Positions 29,301 to 42,328 of a stretch of 64,000 bases of DNA are shown here, piece after piece. This DNA comes from Candidatus Multivoradales bacterium (GTDB taxonomy: Bacteria > Acidobacteriota > Thermoanaerobaculia > Multivoradales > Multivoraceae). The first letter of the stretch is position 1, and each line of letters begins with the position of its first letter. Location: assembly GCA_965223325.1 (NCBI GenBank), contig CBDCWI010000002.1, positions 576,001-640,000 on the forward strand, given 5' to 3'. The notes beneath the pieces were generated by a model, which made no database searches, was not told the origin of the DNA, and was given only the letters and a program-made list of their open reading frames with translations. Position numbers and translations under genes: made by a program.

Positions 29301-29926
29301 TCCATGAAGTCATCGTGAAAGGGTTGGAACCGGGTCCTGAAGGCGCCTCGTGCACGGGTGAGCAGAGACTCCGCCGCCTTGGGTGTGACCTCGAGACGCT
29401 CGGCGATTTCCGCCACCGGCAGCTGCTCGAGGTACTTCCACTCGAGCGCCCTGGCATGTCGGGGCGGCAGCTCATCGAGGACCTGGTGGACCAGGGCGCC
29501 CTTCTCGCGCAGCATGAGCGCCGCTTCCGGTCCGAGCAGGTCGTGGCCGCGCCGCCAGGTCTCGAGGGCACCACGCTCCTCGTCGGTGTCGAGCTGTACC
29601 TCGCTACGTTGCTTACGCCGCAGGTACATCCCGATCTCGTTGCGACAGCAGGTGTAGAGCCAATTCAGGAGAGGTGCGTCGGCCCTGAAGCTGTCTAGCT
29701 TCGCGATCACTTTACAGAGCGCGGTCTGCGCAAGTTCGCGCGCCACCTCTGGGTCCTTCATCTGACGGGCTGCGAAGCGATAGAGGACCGGCAGGTACTC
29801 GTCGCAGAAGAGATCGAAGGCCGCCTCTTCGCCCGCCATCATGCGCTCGACCAGCCGTCGGTCGGCGGCAAGATCTTCGGCGGAGGCACGCGCAGCGCTC
29901 CGTTCTACCGCCTGGCGACCGTTCAT
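29297..29926 (-). CDS. ECF RNA polymerase sigma factor
   Basis: D..LV....GEEAAF, region 2 (LDSFR....WL...CRN), region 4 (EIAERL..T.KAAES.L.RAR); overlaps fecR. Confidence 0.9.
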   Translation of the reverse strand: MNGRQAVERSAARASAEDLAADRRLVERMMAGEEAAFDLFCDEYLPVLYRFAARQMKDPEVARELAQTALCKVIAKLDSFRADAPLLNWLYTCCRNEIGMYLRRKQRSEVQLDTDEERGALETWRRGHDLLGPEAALMLREKGALVHQVLDELPPRHARALEWKYLEQLPVAEIAERLEVTPKAAESLLTRARGAFRTRFQPFHDDFMD

Positions 29927-30098
29927 CCGGGCGGGCCGTGCCACGGACTCACTCTCGACTGCCCCGAGTGATCGATCTGCCAGACTCTGACCACTAGACT
30001 CGATTCCGCCAACACCGCCCCTCCGAGGCATATTGCACCGCGTTCGCACGCCAGGTTGGATGCCTGAGCCTACGAAATCCCTCTCTGAAAGAAGCAGA

Positions 30099-30500
30099 AT
30101 GTCACTAAAAACCGCATTTCTCGGGCTTCTGCTGGCACCCGCCCTGGCTTTCGCGTCCCCGACCGAAGAGACGGCCTGGCCGCTCGAGCGAGTGGCGAAC
30201 GGGGTGTTTGCTGCTCTCTTGCCTCCCGCCGAACGCTTCGACGACGCCAACTCGCTGATTGTCGTTGGCTAGCGCGCCGCGCTGGTGGTCGACGCCCAGG
30301 CCAATGACGAGACGGTCAGAGCGATTCAACGGGCAACCGCCAGGACGACCCGGTCGCCGCGCGCAACGGGCAGGGCTTTCTGCCACAGGGGATCGAGCGC
30401 GCCTGGCTGGAGGCCCGCGAAGAACTCGACGCCGTCCCCTGAAGCCGCCGCGGTTGCCGCTCGCCGCGAGACAGAGCTACACTTCTCCGGCCCCGGTTTT
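30099..30500 (+). pseudogene. Degraded MBL-fold hydrolase remnant
   Basis: Signal peptide then ERVANGVFA...NSLIVVG*RAALVVDAQ with an in-frame TAG (30270-30272); later ELHFSGPG, but no HxHxDH core. Confidence 0.55.
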
Positions 30501-30589
30501 CGCCGGGTCACAAGCTTTTTGAGTTCTTGCGATCGATCGGTTGGCCCGAGCTCCGCTGCTCGCTCTCAGACGGTCGCGAAGGAGTGTCG

Positions 30590-33424
<2,835 letters not shown>

Positions 33425-33576
33425 CGGTCGGCTTCTGGTGCGTGTGAGGTTTCGGAATCGAACCGAACCACGCTCGAGGCCATGACCAACAAGACGTCAT
33501 AGACGGTCACGCCCCATAGAACCCAGATCGTCCCGCCTGCGGCGAGGCGGTTTTCGGCGAGCAAGGAAAGAACAAC

Positions 33577-34857
33577 ATGTCGGTCGAAGTCAAGATCCCA
33601 GAGATCGGTGAATCCATCACGGAGGCCTTGATCAGCCGCTGGTTCAAGTCACCCGGCGACTGGATTGATGAGGACGAGCCCATCGCAGAGCTCGAGACCG
33701 ACAAGGTCACCGTCGAGCTCCCCTCGCCTGCGGCCGGCCGCATCGAGTCGTTGGCGATGGGCGAAGGAGACACCGCTCAGGTCGGCGACGTGATCGCAGT
33801 CATCGATAACAAGGCCAAGAAGACGGCCGGAGACGAAGCGCCCGCCGAACCCGCGCCGGTAGAGGAGAAGCCCGCACCGTCGGCGCCAGCGGCGGCGGCA
33901 AGCGCCACCAGCGAACCGGATCCAGAGCAGGCGCCTTCTGGAAAACAAGCGGCGCGCGTGATGCCGGCGGCACAGCGCCTGCTCAGTGAGCACGGCCTCA
34001 GCCCGAGCGATATCACCGGCAGCGGTCCTGGCGGACGCATTCTAAAAGAAGACGTCGAGCGCCTGGTGGCGTCCAAGAGGGGCGCCCCCAAGGTCCAGGC
34101 TTCCGAATCGCCCGGGAGCGGAGGGCAAGAAACTCCTGCTGCACCTCCGACGGGTGAACGCGTCGAAGAAGCGGTGGCCATGACCCCGATCCGCAAGCGC
34201 ATCGCCGAGCGCCTGGTCAGCGCGCAGGAGAACGCGGCCCTCCTGACGACTTTCAATGAGATCGACATGACGGCAGTCAAGCGGCTGCGCAAGAAGTACC
34301 AGGAGAGTTTCGTTGCAAAGAACGGCTTCAAGCTCGGCTTCATGTCGTTCTTCGTCAAAGCCTCGATCGAGGGATTGCGTGAGTTCCCGCAGATCAACGC
34401 CGAGATTCGCGATGAGCACATCATCTATCGCAACTACTACGACGTCGGCATCGCCGTCAGCACGCCGCGCGGCCTGATGGTTCCGGTCGTCCGCAACGCC
34501 GAGCGCTTGAGCTTCGCCGAGATCGAAAACACGATTTCGGAGTACGCGGGCCGAGCGCGCGAGGGCAAGATCCAGCTCGCCGACCTCGAGGGGGGCACCT
34601 TCACGATCACCAACGGCGGCATCTTCGGGTCGATGCTCTCGACCCCGATCATCAACCCGCCGCAGAGTGGCGTGCTCGGCTTGCACGCGATCCAGGATCG
34701 CCCCGTCGTCCTCGACGGAGAGATCGTCATCCGCCCGATGATGTACGTTGCGCTCACCTACGACCATCGCATCGTCGACGGTCGTGAGGCGGTGACCTTC
34801 CTCCGGCGCGTCAAAGAAACCATCGAGGATCCGACCCGGATCCTGCTCGAAGTCTAA
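33577..34857 (+). CDS. sucB: Dihydrolipoamide succinyltransferase E2
   Basis: Lipoyl ETDKV, E3-binding GSGPGGRI, TYDHRIVDGREAV. Confidence 0.97.
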   Translation: MSVEVKIPEIGESITEALISRWFKSPGDWIDEDEPIAELETDKVTVELPSPAAGRIESLAMGEGDTAQVGDVIAVIDNKAKKTAGDEAPAEPAPVEEKPAPSAPAAAASATSEPDPEQAPSGKQAARVMPAAQRLLSEHGLSPSDITGSGPGGRILKEDVERLVASKRGAPKVQASESPGSGGQETPAAPPTGERVEEAVAMTPIRKRIAERLVSAQENAALLTTFNEIDMTAVKRLRKKYQESFVAKNGFKLGFMSFFVKASIEGLREFPQINAEIRDEHIIYRNYYDVGIAVSTPRGLMVPVVRNAERLSFAEIENTISEYAGRAREGKIQLADLEGGTFTITNGGIFGSMLSTPIINPPQSGVLGLHAIQDRPVVLDGEIVIRPMMYVALTYDHRIVDGREAVTFLRRVKETIEDPTRILLEV

Positions 34858-34866
34858 GGGGTCACC

Positions 34867-36282
34867 GTGGCACAAACTCTCGATCTGATCGTTGTCGGCG
34901 CCGGTCCCGGCGGCTACATCGCAGCCATACGCGCTGCGCAACTCGGAATGAAGGTCGCGTGCGTCGACGAGAACGCGGCGCTCGGCGGGACCTGCCTGCG
35001 GGTTGGCTGCATTCCATCGAAGGCGCTACTCGAGTCGAGTGAACTGCTGGTCGAAGCGCGCGACCACGCGTCGGCTCACGGCATCCAGACGGGGCGGGTC
35101 AAGCTCGACCTGGATGCGATGATGAAGCGCAAGAACAAGGTCGTGGCGACCCTCACCAGGGGTGTCGCGGCGCTGTTCAAGAAGAACGGCGTCGAGTCGA
35201 TCAAGGGCCGCGGCCGCCTGGTCTCCGCCAAGGACGGCGAGGTCACCCTCGAGATCAGCGAGGGCCGCGGCAAGACGGCCAAGAATACGACGCTCACGGC
35301 CAAGCGGGTGATTCTCGCGCCAGGCACCCGTCCTGCCACCCTTCCTGGCATAGAGCTCGACGGTGACCGCATCGGGAGCAACGTCGAAGCTCTCTCATGG
35401 TCCTCGGTACCCAAGCGCCTGATCGTGATCGGCGCGGGCTACATCGGCCTCGAGCTCGGTTCGGTGTGGAACCGCCTGGGGTCTGAGGTCATCGTTCTCG
35501 AGTACCTCGATCGCATCCTTCCCGGCGCAGACGCTGAGATGGCGCGCTCGGCCCAGAAGATCTTCGAGAGCCAGGGGATCGAATTCCGACTCGGTACACG
35601 GGTCACCGGCGCCGTCTTGTCGGGCAAGACCAAGGTCAAGGTCGAAGCCGAAGGCAGCGAGCCGCTGGTCGCCGACCGTCTCCTGGTTGCCGTCGGGCGA
35701 GTACCTGCCACCTCTGACCTCGGGCTCGACGAGGTCGGCGTCGTGGTTGATGCGCGCGGTACGATCGAGGTCGACTCCGACTACCGCACAGCCGCACCCG
35801 GGGTCTACGCAATCGGCGACGCGATCGGCGGTCCTCAACTGGCGCACAAGGCCGAAGAAGAGGGCGTCGCCTGTGTCGAGAAGATCGCCCTCGGCTACGG
35901 CCACGTGAACTACGCCGCCATCCCCGGCGTTTGTTACACCCATCCCGAGCTCGCCGCCGTCGGCCCTTCCGAAGAGCAGCTCGAGGCCGACGGGGTCCCC
36001 TACCGCCAGGGCAAGTTCCCGTTCCGGGCCAACGGCCGCGCCCGCGCACTGGGCGAGCTCGAGGGTATGGTCAAGATGCTGGTCCACGAAGAGACCGATC
36101 GCATCCTCGCGGTTCACATCCTCGGCGCGCGCGCCGGTGACATGATCGCCGAAGCGGTAGCCGCAATCGAGTTCCAGGCAACGGCCGAAGATCTCTACCG
36201 GACGTCACACGCCCATCCGACCCTGGCAGAGTGCCTCAAGGAAGCTGCCCTGGCGACCGCCGGTAGAACGCTCAACCTCTAG
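34867..36282 (+). CDS. lpdA: Dihydrolipoamide dehydrogenase E3
   Basis: GAGPGG, GGTCLRVGCIPSK, GAGYIGLE, HAHPT. Confidence 0.97.
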   Translation: MAQTLDLIVVGAGPGGYIAAIRAAQLGMKVACVDENAALGGTCLRVGCIPSKALLESSELLVEARDHASAHGIQTGRVKLDLDAMMKRKNKVVATLTRGVAALFKKNGVESIKGRGRLVSAKDGEVTLEISEGRGKTAKNTTLTAKRVILAPGTRPATLPGIELDGDRIGSNVEALSWSSVPKRLIVIGAGYIGLELGSVWNRLGSEVIVLEYLDRILPGADAEMARSAQKIFESQGIEFRLGTRVTGAVLSGKTKVKVEAEGSEPLVADRLLVAVGRVPATSDLGLDEVGVVVDARGTIEVDSDYRTAAPGVYAIGDAIGGPQLAHKAEEEGVACVEKIALGYGHVNYAAIPGVCYTHPELAAVGPSEEQLEADGVPYRQGKFPFRANGRARALGELEGMVKMLVHEETDRILAVHILGARAGDMIAEAVAAIEFQATAEDLYRTSHAHPTLAECLKEAALATAGRTLNL

Positions 36283-36294
36283 CACCTGGCCCGC

Positions 36295-37230
36295 CTAGAG
36301 CCCGCCGGTGATCTCGACCGAGGCTTTGGGCAACCAGCCTTGATCTCCCTCCGGAAGAGCGATGCGCACCCATTCCTCGCGCGTTTCGAGCACCACCAGC
36401 TCGGCACCGTCATGCAGGCGGAAGCGCACCACGCTCGCCCGGTCGGTTCCCGAGTAGGCCTCGACTTCCGGAGCGGTGACGACCGCCACTTCACCTGGTG
36501 CAGCCTCCGAAATGACCAGCGACCCCACCGCGGCGGCCAGCGGAACCGCCGCGGTGATCGCCACCCAGCGCGTCCACTCGCTCCCGCGAAAGAGGCCGTA
36601 GCCGAGGGCAGCACAGAGCACGATCATCGCGGCTCCTCCGACCAGCTGCAGGCCTCGCCGGCTGAACCCGTAGTGCCAGAAGAAGAGCGTGCGTGCAAGC
36701 GGCGTAGGCCCGGGCGGTGCGAGCTGATCGGCCGTCTGCCCACGGGCGAAGTCGAGGTTGGCGCGCGCTTCGGGATCGTTGGGAGCATCGTCGAGAGAAC
36801 GGCGGTAGGCCGCGATCGCCCCACCGAGCTCGCCGTTGCGCAGACGCGCATTGCCCAGGTTGTAGTGCACTGCCCGATCTCCGTAGCCGGCATCGACGAG
36901 GCTCTGGAAGAGCTCGACTGCCTGCTCGAAGCGCCCACCTTCATAGGCGTCGTTGGCGCGTACGAATGCCTCGACGGCCCCGGAGCGGTCGACGATGGCA
37001 GGCGCGCCGTCACCTTCCTCTGGAGCACTCGCCTGCTCCCCGGCCAGGACGACCGACGGTGCTGTCGGGCGCTCGCCTTCTGAAGCCTGCGCACCCTGAT
37101 CATCCGACCCGACGATCAGTGCTGCGCCGGCCTCCGGCTCGACCTCCTGTGCACCGATACCGAGGGCTGCCGTGAGAAAGACGGCGAGCGCCAGGGATGC
37201 AGGAGCTGCTCTCCGCTTGTGAATGATCAC
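36295..37230 (-). CDS. batE: BatE-like TPR/TM/SH3 protein
   Basis: TPR YNLGNA, 2 TM segments, SH3-like LHDG..L...WVRI...GW; operon position. Confidence 0.8.
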   Translation of the reverse strand: MIIHKRRAAPASLALAVFLTAALGIGAQEVEPEAGAALIVGSDDQGAQASEGERPTAPSVVLAGEQASAPEEGDGAPAIVDRSGAVEAFVRANDAYEGGRFEQAVELFQSLVDAGYGDRAVHYNLGNARLRNGELGGAIAAYRRSLDDAPNDPEARANLDFARGQTADQLAPPGPTPLARTLFFWHYGFSRRGLQLVGGAAMIVLCAALGYGLFRGSEWTRWVAITAAVPLAAAVGSLVISEAAPGEVAVVTAPEVEAYSGTDRASVVRFRLHDGAELVVLETREEWVRIALPEGDQGWLPKASVEITGGL

Positions 37231-39137
37231 GCTTTCCTCCTCTTCTTCTTTCGCATCGCCGACTCGAGCTCGCCGATCAGCGCCTCGATGCCGCGCCCTC
37301 CGGCCCCACCGGGGTTCGCGCCGCCGAACCGGGCGGCCTCGAGACGGTCGAGGATCTCGCGCACCCTGCGCGCCAGGGCCTCCGGCACGCCGGCACCGAG
37401 CAGTCGCTCCTCTGCTTCGGGTGGCGTTAGGGCAGCACCCGGCGCACCGGTGCGATCACCGATGTAGCCGCGCAGAATCAAAGAGGTGCGCTCGGCTCGC
37501 TCACCCGCCGATAGTTCGGTTGCACTCTCGAGCTGCTGGGCGTCGGCACGCGCCCGACGCGCGGCGGTCTCGCGTCGCTTGAGTCCGAGGTCCCTCGAGT
37601 AACGCTCCTGGCGCTTCCGCCAGAACCAGAGCCCGAGGAGAACCAGCGGCGGAACGATCCAAGCAAGAGCCACCACAAACCGCTCCAGGCTCCAGCCCCG
37701 GCCGCTTCCGAGAGCATCAGCGTCGCGAACGATCGGACGGATGTCGTCACCGACGATCTGCACCGTCGCGCGACCCGGTCGACTGCCACCCTCGGTCAGC
37801 CGAAGATCCTCGGCGCCATCGGACGGTGCGACGTCGAGCGTGATGCCTTCGGTGCGTTTGCGCTCGTAGCGCTCGGCATCCGGGTCGAACCACACCAACT
37901 CGACGGGGTCGAGTGCGAGCTCACCCTCTCGCACCGGCACCAGCGCTTTGCGGTAGACCTTGCTGCCCCGCAGTTTGCTCGTCGAACGATCGAGCGAACT
38001 GGTTGGCCGGTCGTCGTAGACCTTGAAGTCGCTCAAGTCTGGGAACGTTGGCGGCGAGATCATGTGAGCGTTGCCAGATCCCGACACGGTCACCTCGAGG
38101 GTGGTCGACTCCCCCACCGCCAACTCGACGCGACTTACCGCCGCCTGCACGTCGAAGTCACCGACCAGACCAGAAAAATCGTTGGGTGGCTCGGGCAGCC
38201 GGCGGGCGGTGATCTGGATCGGAGTCGAGCGCAGGACTTCGGTGCGCAGTTGCCCGCGCGACATGAAGTCGTCGAAGACCGAGCGCCGGCGTCGACGGGT
38301 TTCGGTGCGCACCCCGACGGTCAGCTTCGATGCCGGGATGGTGAAGGTCCCTGGGCGCTGGGCGAACAGCGCCTTGCGAATCTCACTGACCATGTACTGA
38401 ACACCGTTGACCGTCGTCTGATACTCCCGCACCTCGCCCAGGTCCTCGGCAACCAGATCTGGAAAGTCGAGGGTCTCGAGTCGCGGATCGGCAATCGCGA
38501 CGCGTCGGTAGAAGCGCCAGGTGAACAGCACCTGCTCGCCGACGTAGGGGTTGGCCTTACTGACCCGGGCGGTGACAAACAGGTTACGGTCGTTGGTCGG
38601 CACAGCGCTCGCCTCAACGACCCGAATGCTGAACGGTCGCGTCGAATAGGGCTGACCGCTGATCGCGACCGTCACCGCGGGCACGACGAACTCGCCGGCA
38701 CCCTTCGGGATCAAGAGGTAGTCGAAGGAAATGCCCTGGCTCACCCGACCGTTGACGATCGACATCTCACTGCGGCGCCCCGCCGACACGACGTCGAAGC
38801 CAGGCATCTCGGGCAGCACCGGCTCCGCGTCGGGGTTGCCTTCGACGCGCACACTCAGCCGCACCTGTTCGTCGGCCGCGACCTGATTGCGGTCGACCGT
38901 AGCCTGGATCGCCTGGCCCTGGCTGGCCGCCGCCACCGCTGCCAGCACGAGGAGCTGAACGAGCACCAGAAGGCGACCCGCGAAATCCCAGAACCTCCCC
39001 AGTCGTTTCCCAGTCGATCGCCCGGCGCACGCCCGGCGGTTGCCCGGCGCATGCCCGGCGGTTGCCAGGCCCCGCCAGCGAGCTCTGGCCAGGAAACGGG
39101 GACGCTCCGAGCCACCTTCAAGGGACATGGGCATCAC
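37227..39137 (-). CDS. batD: BatD oxygen-tolerance family protein
   Basis: ATVDRNQV, SIVNG, PYVGEQV, FSGLVGDF, G.GN, WFDP; C-terminal TM segment; start uncertain. Confidence 0.85.
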   Translation of the reverse strand: MMPMSLEGGSERPRFLARARWRGLATAGHAPGNRRACAGRSTGKRLGRFWDFAGRLLVLVQLLVLAAVAAASQGQAIQATVDRNQVAADEQVRLSVRVEGNPDAEPVLPEMPGFDVVSAGRRSEMSIVNGRVSQGISFDYLLIPKGAGEFVVPAVTVAISGQPYSTRPFSIRVVEASAVPTNDRNLFVTARVSKANPYVGEQVLFTWRFYRRVAIADPRLETLDFPDLVAEDLGEVREYQTTVNGVQYMVSEIRKALFAQRPGTFTIPASKLTVGVRTETRRRRRSVFDDFMSRGQLRTEVLRSTPIQITARRLPEPPNDFSGLVGDFDVQAAVSRVELAVGESTTLEVTVSGSGNAHMISPPTFPDLSDFKVYDDRPTSSLDRSTSKLRGSKVYRKALVPVREGELALDPVELVWFDPDAERYERKRTEGITLDVAPSDGAEDLRLTEGGSRPGRATVQIVGDDIRPIVRDADALGSGRGWSLERFVVALAWIVPPLVLLGLWFWRKRQERYSRDLGLKRRETAARRARADAQQLESATELSAGERAERTSLILRGYIGDRTGAPGAALTPPEAEERLLGAGVPEALARRVREILDRLEAARFGGANPGGAGGRGIEALIGELESAMRKKKRRKA

Positions 39138-40189
39138 CAGTCCTTCCCTGACCGGGTGCGCTTCTTGCCGCCACGCTCGCGAGCCGGGCGCTGTTCTTCG
39201 AGGGCGTCGAGGAGCCGCTGTGCCTGCTCGGGGGAAAGCTGCCCGCTGCGCGACTGGCCACCCTCGGCCATCTGAGACTGCGCCTCGGCACCATCGGGTT
39301 GGCCGTCGTCATCGCTGTCACGGTCATTCGGATCGGTCTCACCTGGATCCACCCTACCGTTGCGATTCTTGTCCTCTTCACCATCGGCCAGACCGTCGCG
39401 ATCGCTGTCGGGGTTGTTGGGATCAGTCGGGTTCTCCGCCGACTGCTCGGTTTGATCGGGCAGTCCGTCGCCGTCGGTGTCTTGTCCACCTTCTCGGTTC
39501 TCGCCCTCGTTCGGCTCTTCGCCTTCACCCTGGTCCCCGTCCTGACCTTCGTCGTTCTGCTCGCCGTCCCCTGAGTCCCGCTTGTCGCCCTCGCCTTCGC
39601 CGTCTTCTGACTCTTCGTCTTCGCTCGGCTGATCCTCCGGTGACGGCTCCTCTTTCGGCTGCTGCGATTGCTGCTGCTGCTGCTCGAGCATCCGGCGGGC
39701 GTACTCGAGATTCCACTTGGCATCTTCGTCCTCGGGCACCAGTTCGAGCGCTCGCTTGTAGTTCTCCACCGCGTCGGCCAGCGCGCCCTGTCGGAAGGCG
39801 ACGTTGCCGAGGTTGTAGAGCGCTTCGCTGCGCACTGCCGGGTCATCGCTGGTGGTCGCGCGGCGAAAGGCAGCCGCTGCTCCCTCGAAATCTTCGAGTC
39901 GATAGCGCGCACTGCCGAGGTTGTTCCAGACCCGCGGATCGTCCGGCCGTGCAACCTGCTCTTCGAGAAACCCCTCGAGCGCCGCAGGGTAGTCGCCGGC
40001 CTCCCAGGCGTCGTAGGGATCGTCACTGCGAGCGATCTCGCCAGTCTGAGCGTTCAGCGGAGAACCGAGAACCAGCCAACAACAGGCGAACAAGACACCC
40101 AGAGCCATGCGAACCGGGGCGCTCTGACTCGAGAGCTCGAGGAAGACGCTAGGCCGCCACATCAGGCACCTCCTCAATCTGAACCTCAT
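39134..40189 (-). CDS. batC: BatC-like TPR protein with acidic linker and DxDxDG repeats
   Basis: NNLGSA, YNLGN, DAKWNLE, poly-Q/E linker, A.RLLDAL, terminal KDW. Confidence 0.85.
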   Translation of the reverse strand: MRFRLRRCLMWRPSVFLELSSQSAPVRMALGVLFACCWLVLGSPLNAQTGEIARSDDPYDAWEAGDYPAALEGFLEEQVARPDDPRVWNNLGSARYRLEDFEGAAAAFRRATTSDDPAVRSEALYNLGNVAFRQGALADAVENYKRALELVPEDEDAKWNLEYARRMLEQQQQQSQQPKEEPSPEDQPSEDEESEDGEGEGDKRDSGDGEQNDEGQDGDQGEGEEPNEGENREGGQDTDGDGLPDQTEQSAENPTDPNNPDSDRDGLADGEEDKNRNGRVDPGETDPNDRDSDDDGQPDGAEAQSQMAEGGQSRSGQLSPEQAQRLLDALEEQRPARERGGKKRTRSGKDW

Positions 40190-41303
40190 TCTGGCGAACT
40201 CCCCGTCTTTCTCGACCCCGCACCCGGCGCCCTTCGGGAATCAGCGGACCGAGCATGAGAAACAGGAGCGCTGCCCCAACCAGCCATTGAAAACGATCTT
40301 CGTACTGCTTGCGGCGACGGGTTTCGAGATCAGCCTCGGCCAGGGTCGCCTTGATGCCCTCTAGATAGATCTCTTCGAGGTCGAGGTCACCGGTCACCGA
40401 GCGCACGTAGCGCCCACCGGTCTCGAGGGCGAGGCGCTGCAGGGTCGGCTCGTCGAGGCGACTGAGGATCATCTCACCGCGAGCGTCGCGACGGAAGCCA
40501 CCGCCAGGCCGTGGTATCGGCGCGCCGCTGTCCTGGCCAATGCCGATTGCAAACACCCGAACTTCAGCTGCCGCCACCTGCTCGAGCATTGCGTCGAGGC
40601 CCCCTTCGTGGTTCTCGCCGTCGGTGATCAGGATGATGGCGCGCTCTGCCTCCGACTCGAGTTCGAAGGCGTCGAGCGAGACGCGCAGCGCCTCACCCAG
40701 GTCAGTCCCCTGCACGGGCATCAGCTCGGTGTCCAGGTCGTCGAGGAACAGCTCGGCCGCCGAGTAGTCGAGGGTGAGCGGCAGCTCGAGAAAGGCGGTG
40801 CCCGCAAACGCCACCAGAGCCACCCGGTCGCCCTTCATCAAACGCAGGAGATCGGCAATCTCGCGCCGCGCGCGTTCGATCCTCGTCAGCTCGTCGGAGG
40901 CCGCAGCGTCCTGGACGAGCATCGATTCGGAGACGTCGAGCGCTACCACGACGTCGACTCCTCGGCGTCTGATCTCTTGCCAGGTGAAGCCGTACTGGAA
41001 GCCCGCCATCGCCAAAGCGAGAAGGCCGACGGACGCCACCAGGAGAGTCGCCCGCAACCGCCGACGAGCCGAGCTAGCGCCCTCTTCGATACGACCGATG
41101 ACCGCTGGGCTGCCAAACCGCTCCAGCAGGCGTCGGCGGGCGCGACCGCTCCAGATGAAGAACACCACCAGCGCCGGCGCCAGCCATAACGCCCAGAGCA
41201 GACCGGGGCGCTCGAACCGTGCGTCGCAACCGGCCAGCGTTGCCAGGAGCGGTAGGAGCCAGAGCACCAGGGCACGATCGTTCAGGCGGCGGGCGTTCGT
41301 CAT
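40149..41303 (-). CDS. batB: BatB-like VWA protein
   Basis: DVSESM MIDAS, FAG.A...PLTLD, QGTD, ITDGENH, SRLDE.TL. Confidence 0.88.
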   Translation of the reverse strand: MTNARRLNDRALVLWLLPLLATLAGCDARFERPGLLWALWLAPALVVFFIWSGRARRRLLERFGSPAVIGRIEEGASSARRRLRATLLVASVGLLALAMAGFQYGFTWQEIRRRGVDVVVALDVSESMLVQDAAASDELTRIERARREIADLLRLMKGDRVALVAFAGTAFLELPLTLDYSAAELFLDDLDTELMPVQGTDLGEALRVSLDAFELESEAERAIILITDGENHEGGLDAMLEQVAAAEVRVFAIGIGQDSGAPIPRPGGGFRRDARGEMILSRLDEPTLQRLALETGGRYVRSVTGDLDLEEIYLEGIKATLAEADLETRRRKQYEDRFQWLVGAALLFLMLGPLIPEGRRVRGRERRGVRQNEVQIEEVPDVAA

Positions 41304-42328
41304 GGCAACCTCCGCAGCCTCGAGTTGAGCAGCACGGTCTCGAGCAGCAACAGAAGAAGCGCCGGGAACACGGCGAAACGGTAGCGCTCGGTGGTTTCCA
41401 GGAACCTCTGCATTGAGATCTCGGTGCGCTCGAGCTCGTCGATCTCCTCATAGATCAACTGCAAAGCCTCGGCGTCCTCGGCCCTGAAGTAGCGGCCGCC
41501 GGTGCGATCCGCCATCAGTTGCAGCGTGTCTTCATCGATCATGTTGGGTTGGTGAAAGACCTGCGGTCCGCGGCCGGTCTGCACCAGGAACGGAGCATCG
41601 CCACGCACGCCCGCGCCGATCGCATAGATTCGCACACCCTCGGTCGCCGCCACTTCGGCAGCCGTCGAAGGCGCCAGCGAACCGGCGTTGTTGACACCGT
41701 CGGTCAACAGGACGATCACTTTCGACTCGGCCTCGGAATCGCGCAGCCTCTTCACCGCCGTGCCCACCGCACTGCCGAGCGCCGTTGCGTCTCCTGCGAC
41801 GCCGATCTCCACCCGCTCCAGGAACGTCGCCAACACGTCGTGATCGAGGGTCAGCGGAAGCTGAGTGAAGGCCTGGGCGCCAAACACCACCAGGCCGATC
41901 TGGTCGTTCTCGCGCCCGGCGGCGAACCGCGTCACCACCTCCTTGGCGACCTGCAGTCGGTTGCGGCGCTTGCTGATGTCACGGTCGGAGTCGAGATCGC
42001 GCGCCTCCATCGACCCAGACGTGTCGAGGACCAGCATGATGTCGATGCCCACCGTATTGACCTCGGTGAGCGTCTTGCCGGTCTGCGGCCGCAGCATCGC
42101 CAACATCAAGAGTGCGACCACCAGAACTCGTAGGAGTGAAACCGCGCGCCGCGCCCACACTCGCCAGCCGGGTCGCGCATCGGCCAGACGACCGAGGCTC
42201 GAGTAGCGCAGCACGGGCGACTGTGTGGCCCGTGCGATCAGGAACCAAAGCAGCAGCCACAACAAGAAGAGAGGAGCCAAGACGGTGATCAACCCCGGGC
42301 TGGCGAAGAAGAAGGAGTCGGGCAGCAC
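41300..42328 (-). CDS. batA: BatA-like VWA protein
   Basis: RPQ, DTSGSM MIDAS, TALGSA, LLTDGVNN, TGGRYFRA. Confidence 0.9.
   Translation of the reverse strand: MLPDSFFFASPGLITVLAPLFLLWLLLWFLIARATQSPVLRYSSLGRLADARPGWRVWARRAVSLLRVLVVALLMLAMLRPQTGKTLTEVNTVGIDIMLVLDTSGSMEARDLDSDRDISKRRNRLQVAKEVVTRFAAGRENDQIGLVVFGAQAFTQLPLTLDHDVLATFLERVEIGVAGDATALGSAVGTAVKRLRDSEAESKVIVLLTDGVNNAGSLAPSTAAEVAATEGVRIYAIGAGVRGDAPFLVQTGRGPQVFHQPNMIDEDTLQLMADRTGGRYFRAEDAEALQLIYEEIDELERTEISMQRFLETTERYRFAVFPALLLLLLETVLLNSRLRRLP

Noticed and set aside
30270-30272. Pyrrolysine/amber readthrough
   Set aside because: The position is not catalytic and the downstream domain is itself deleted, which fits pseudogene decay
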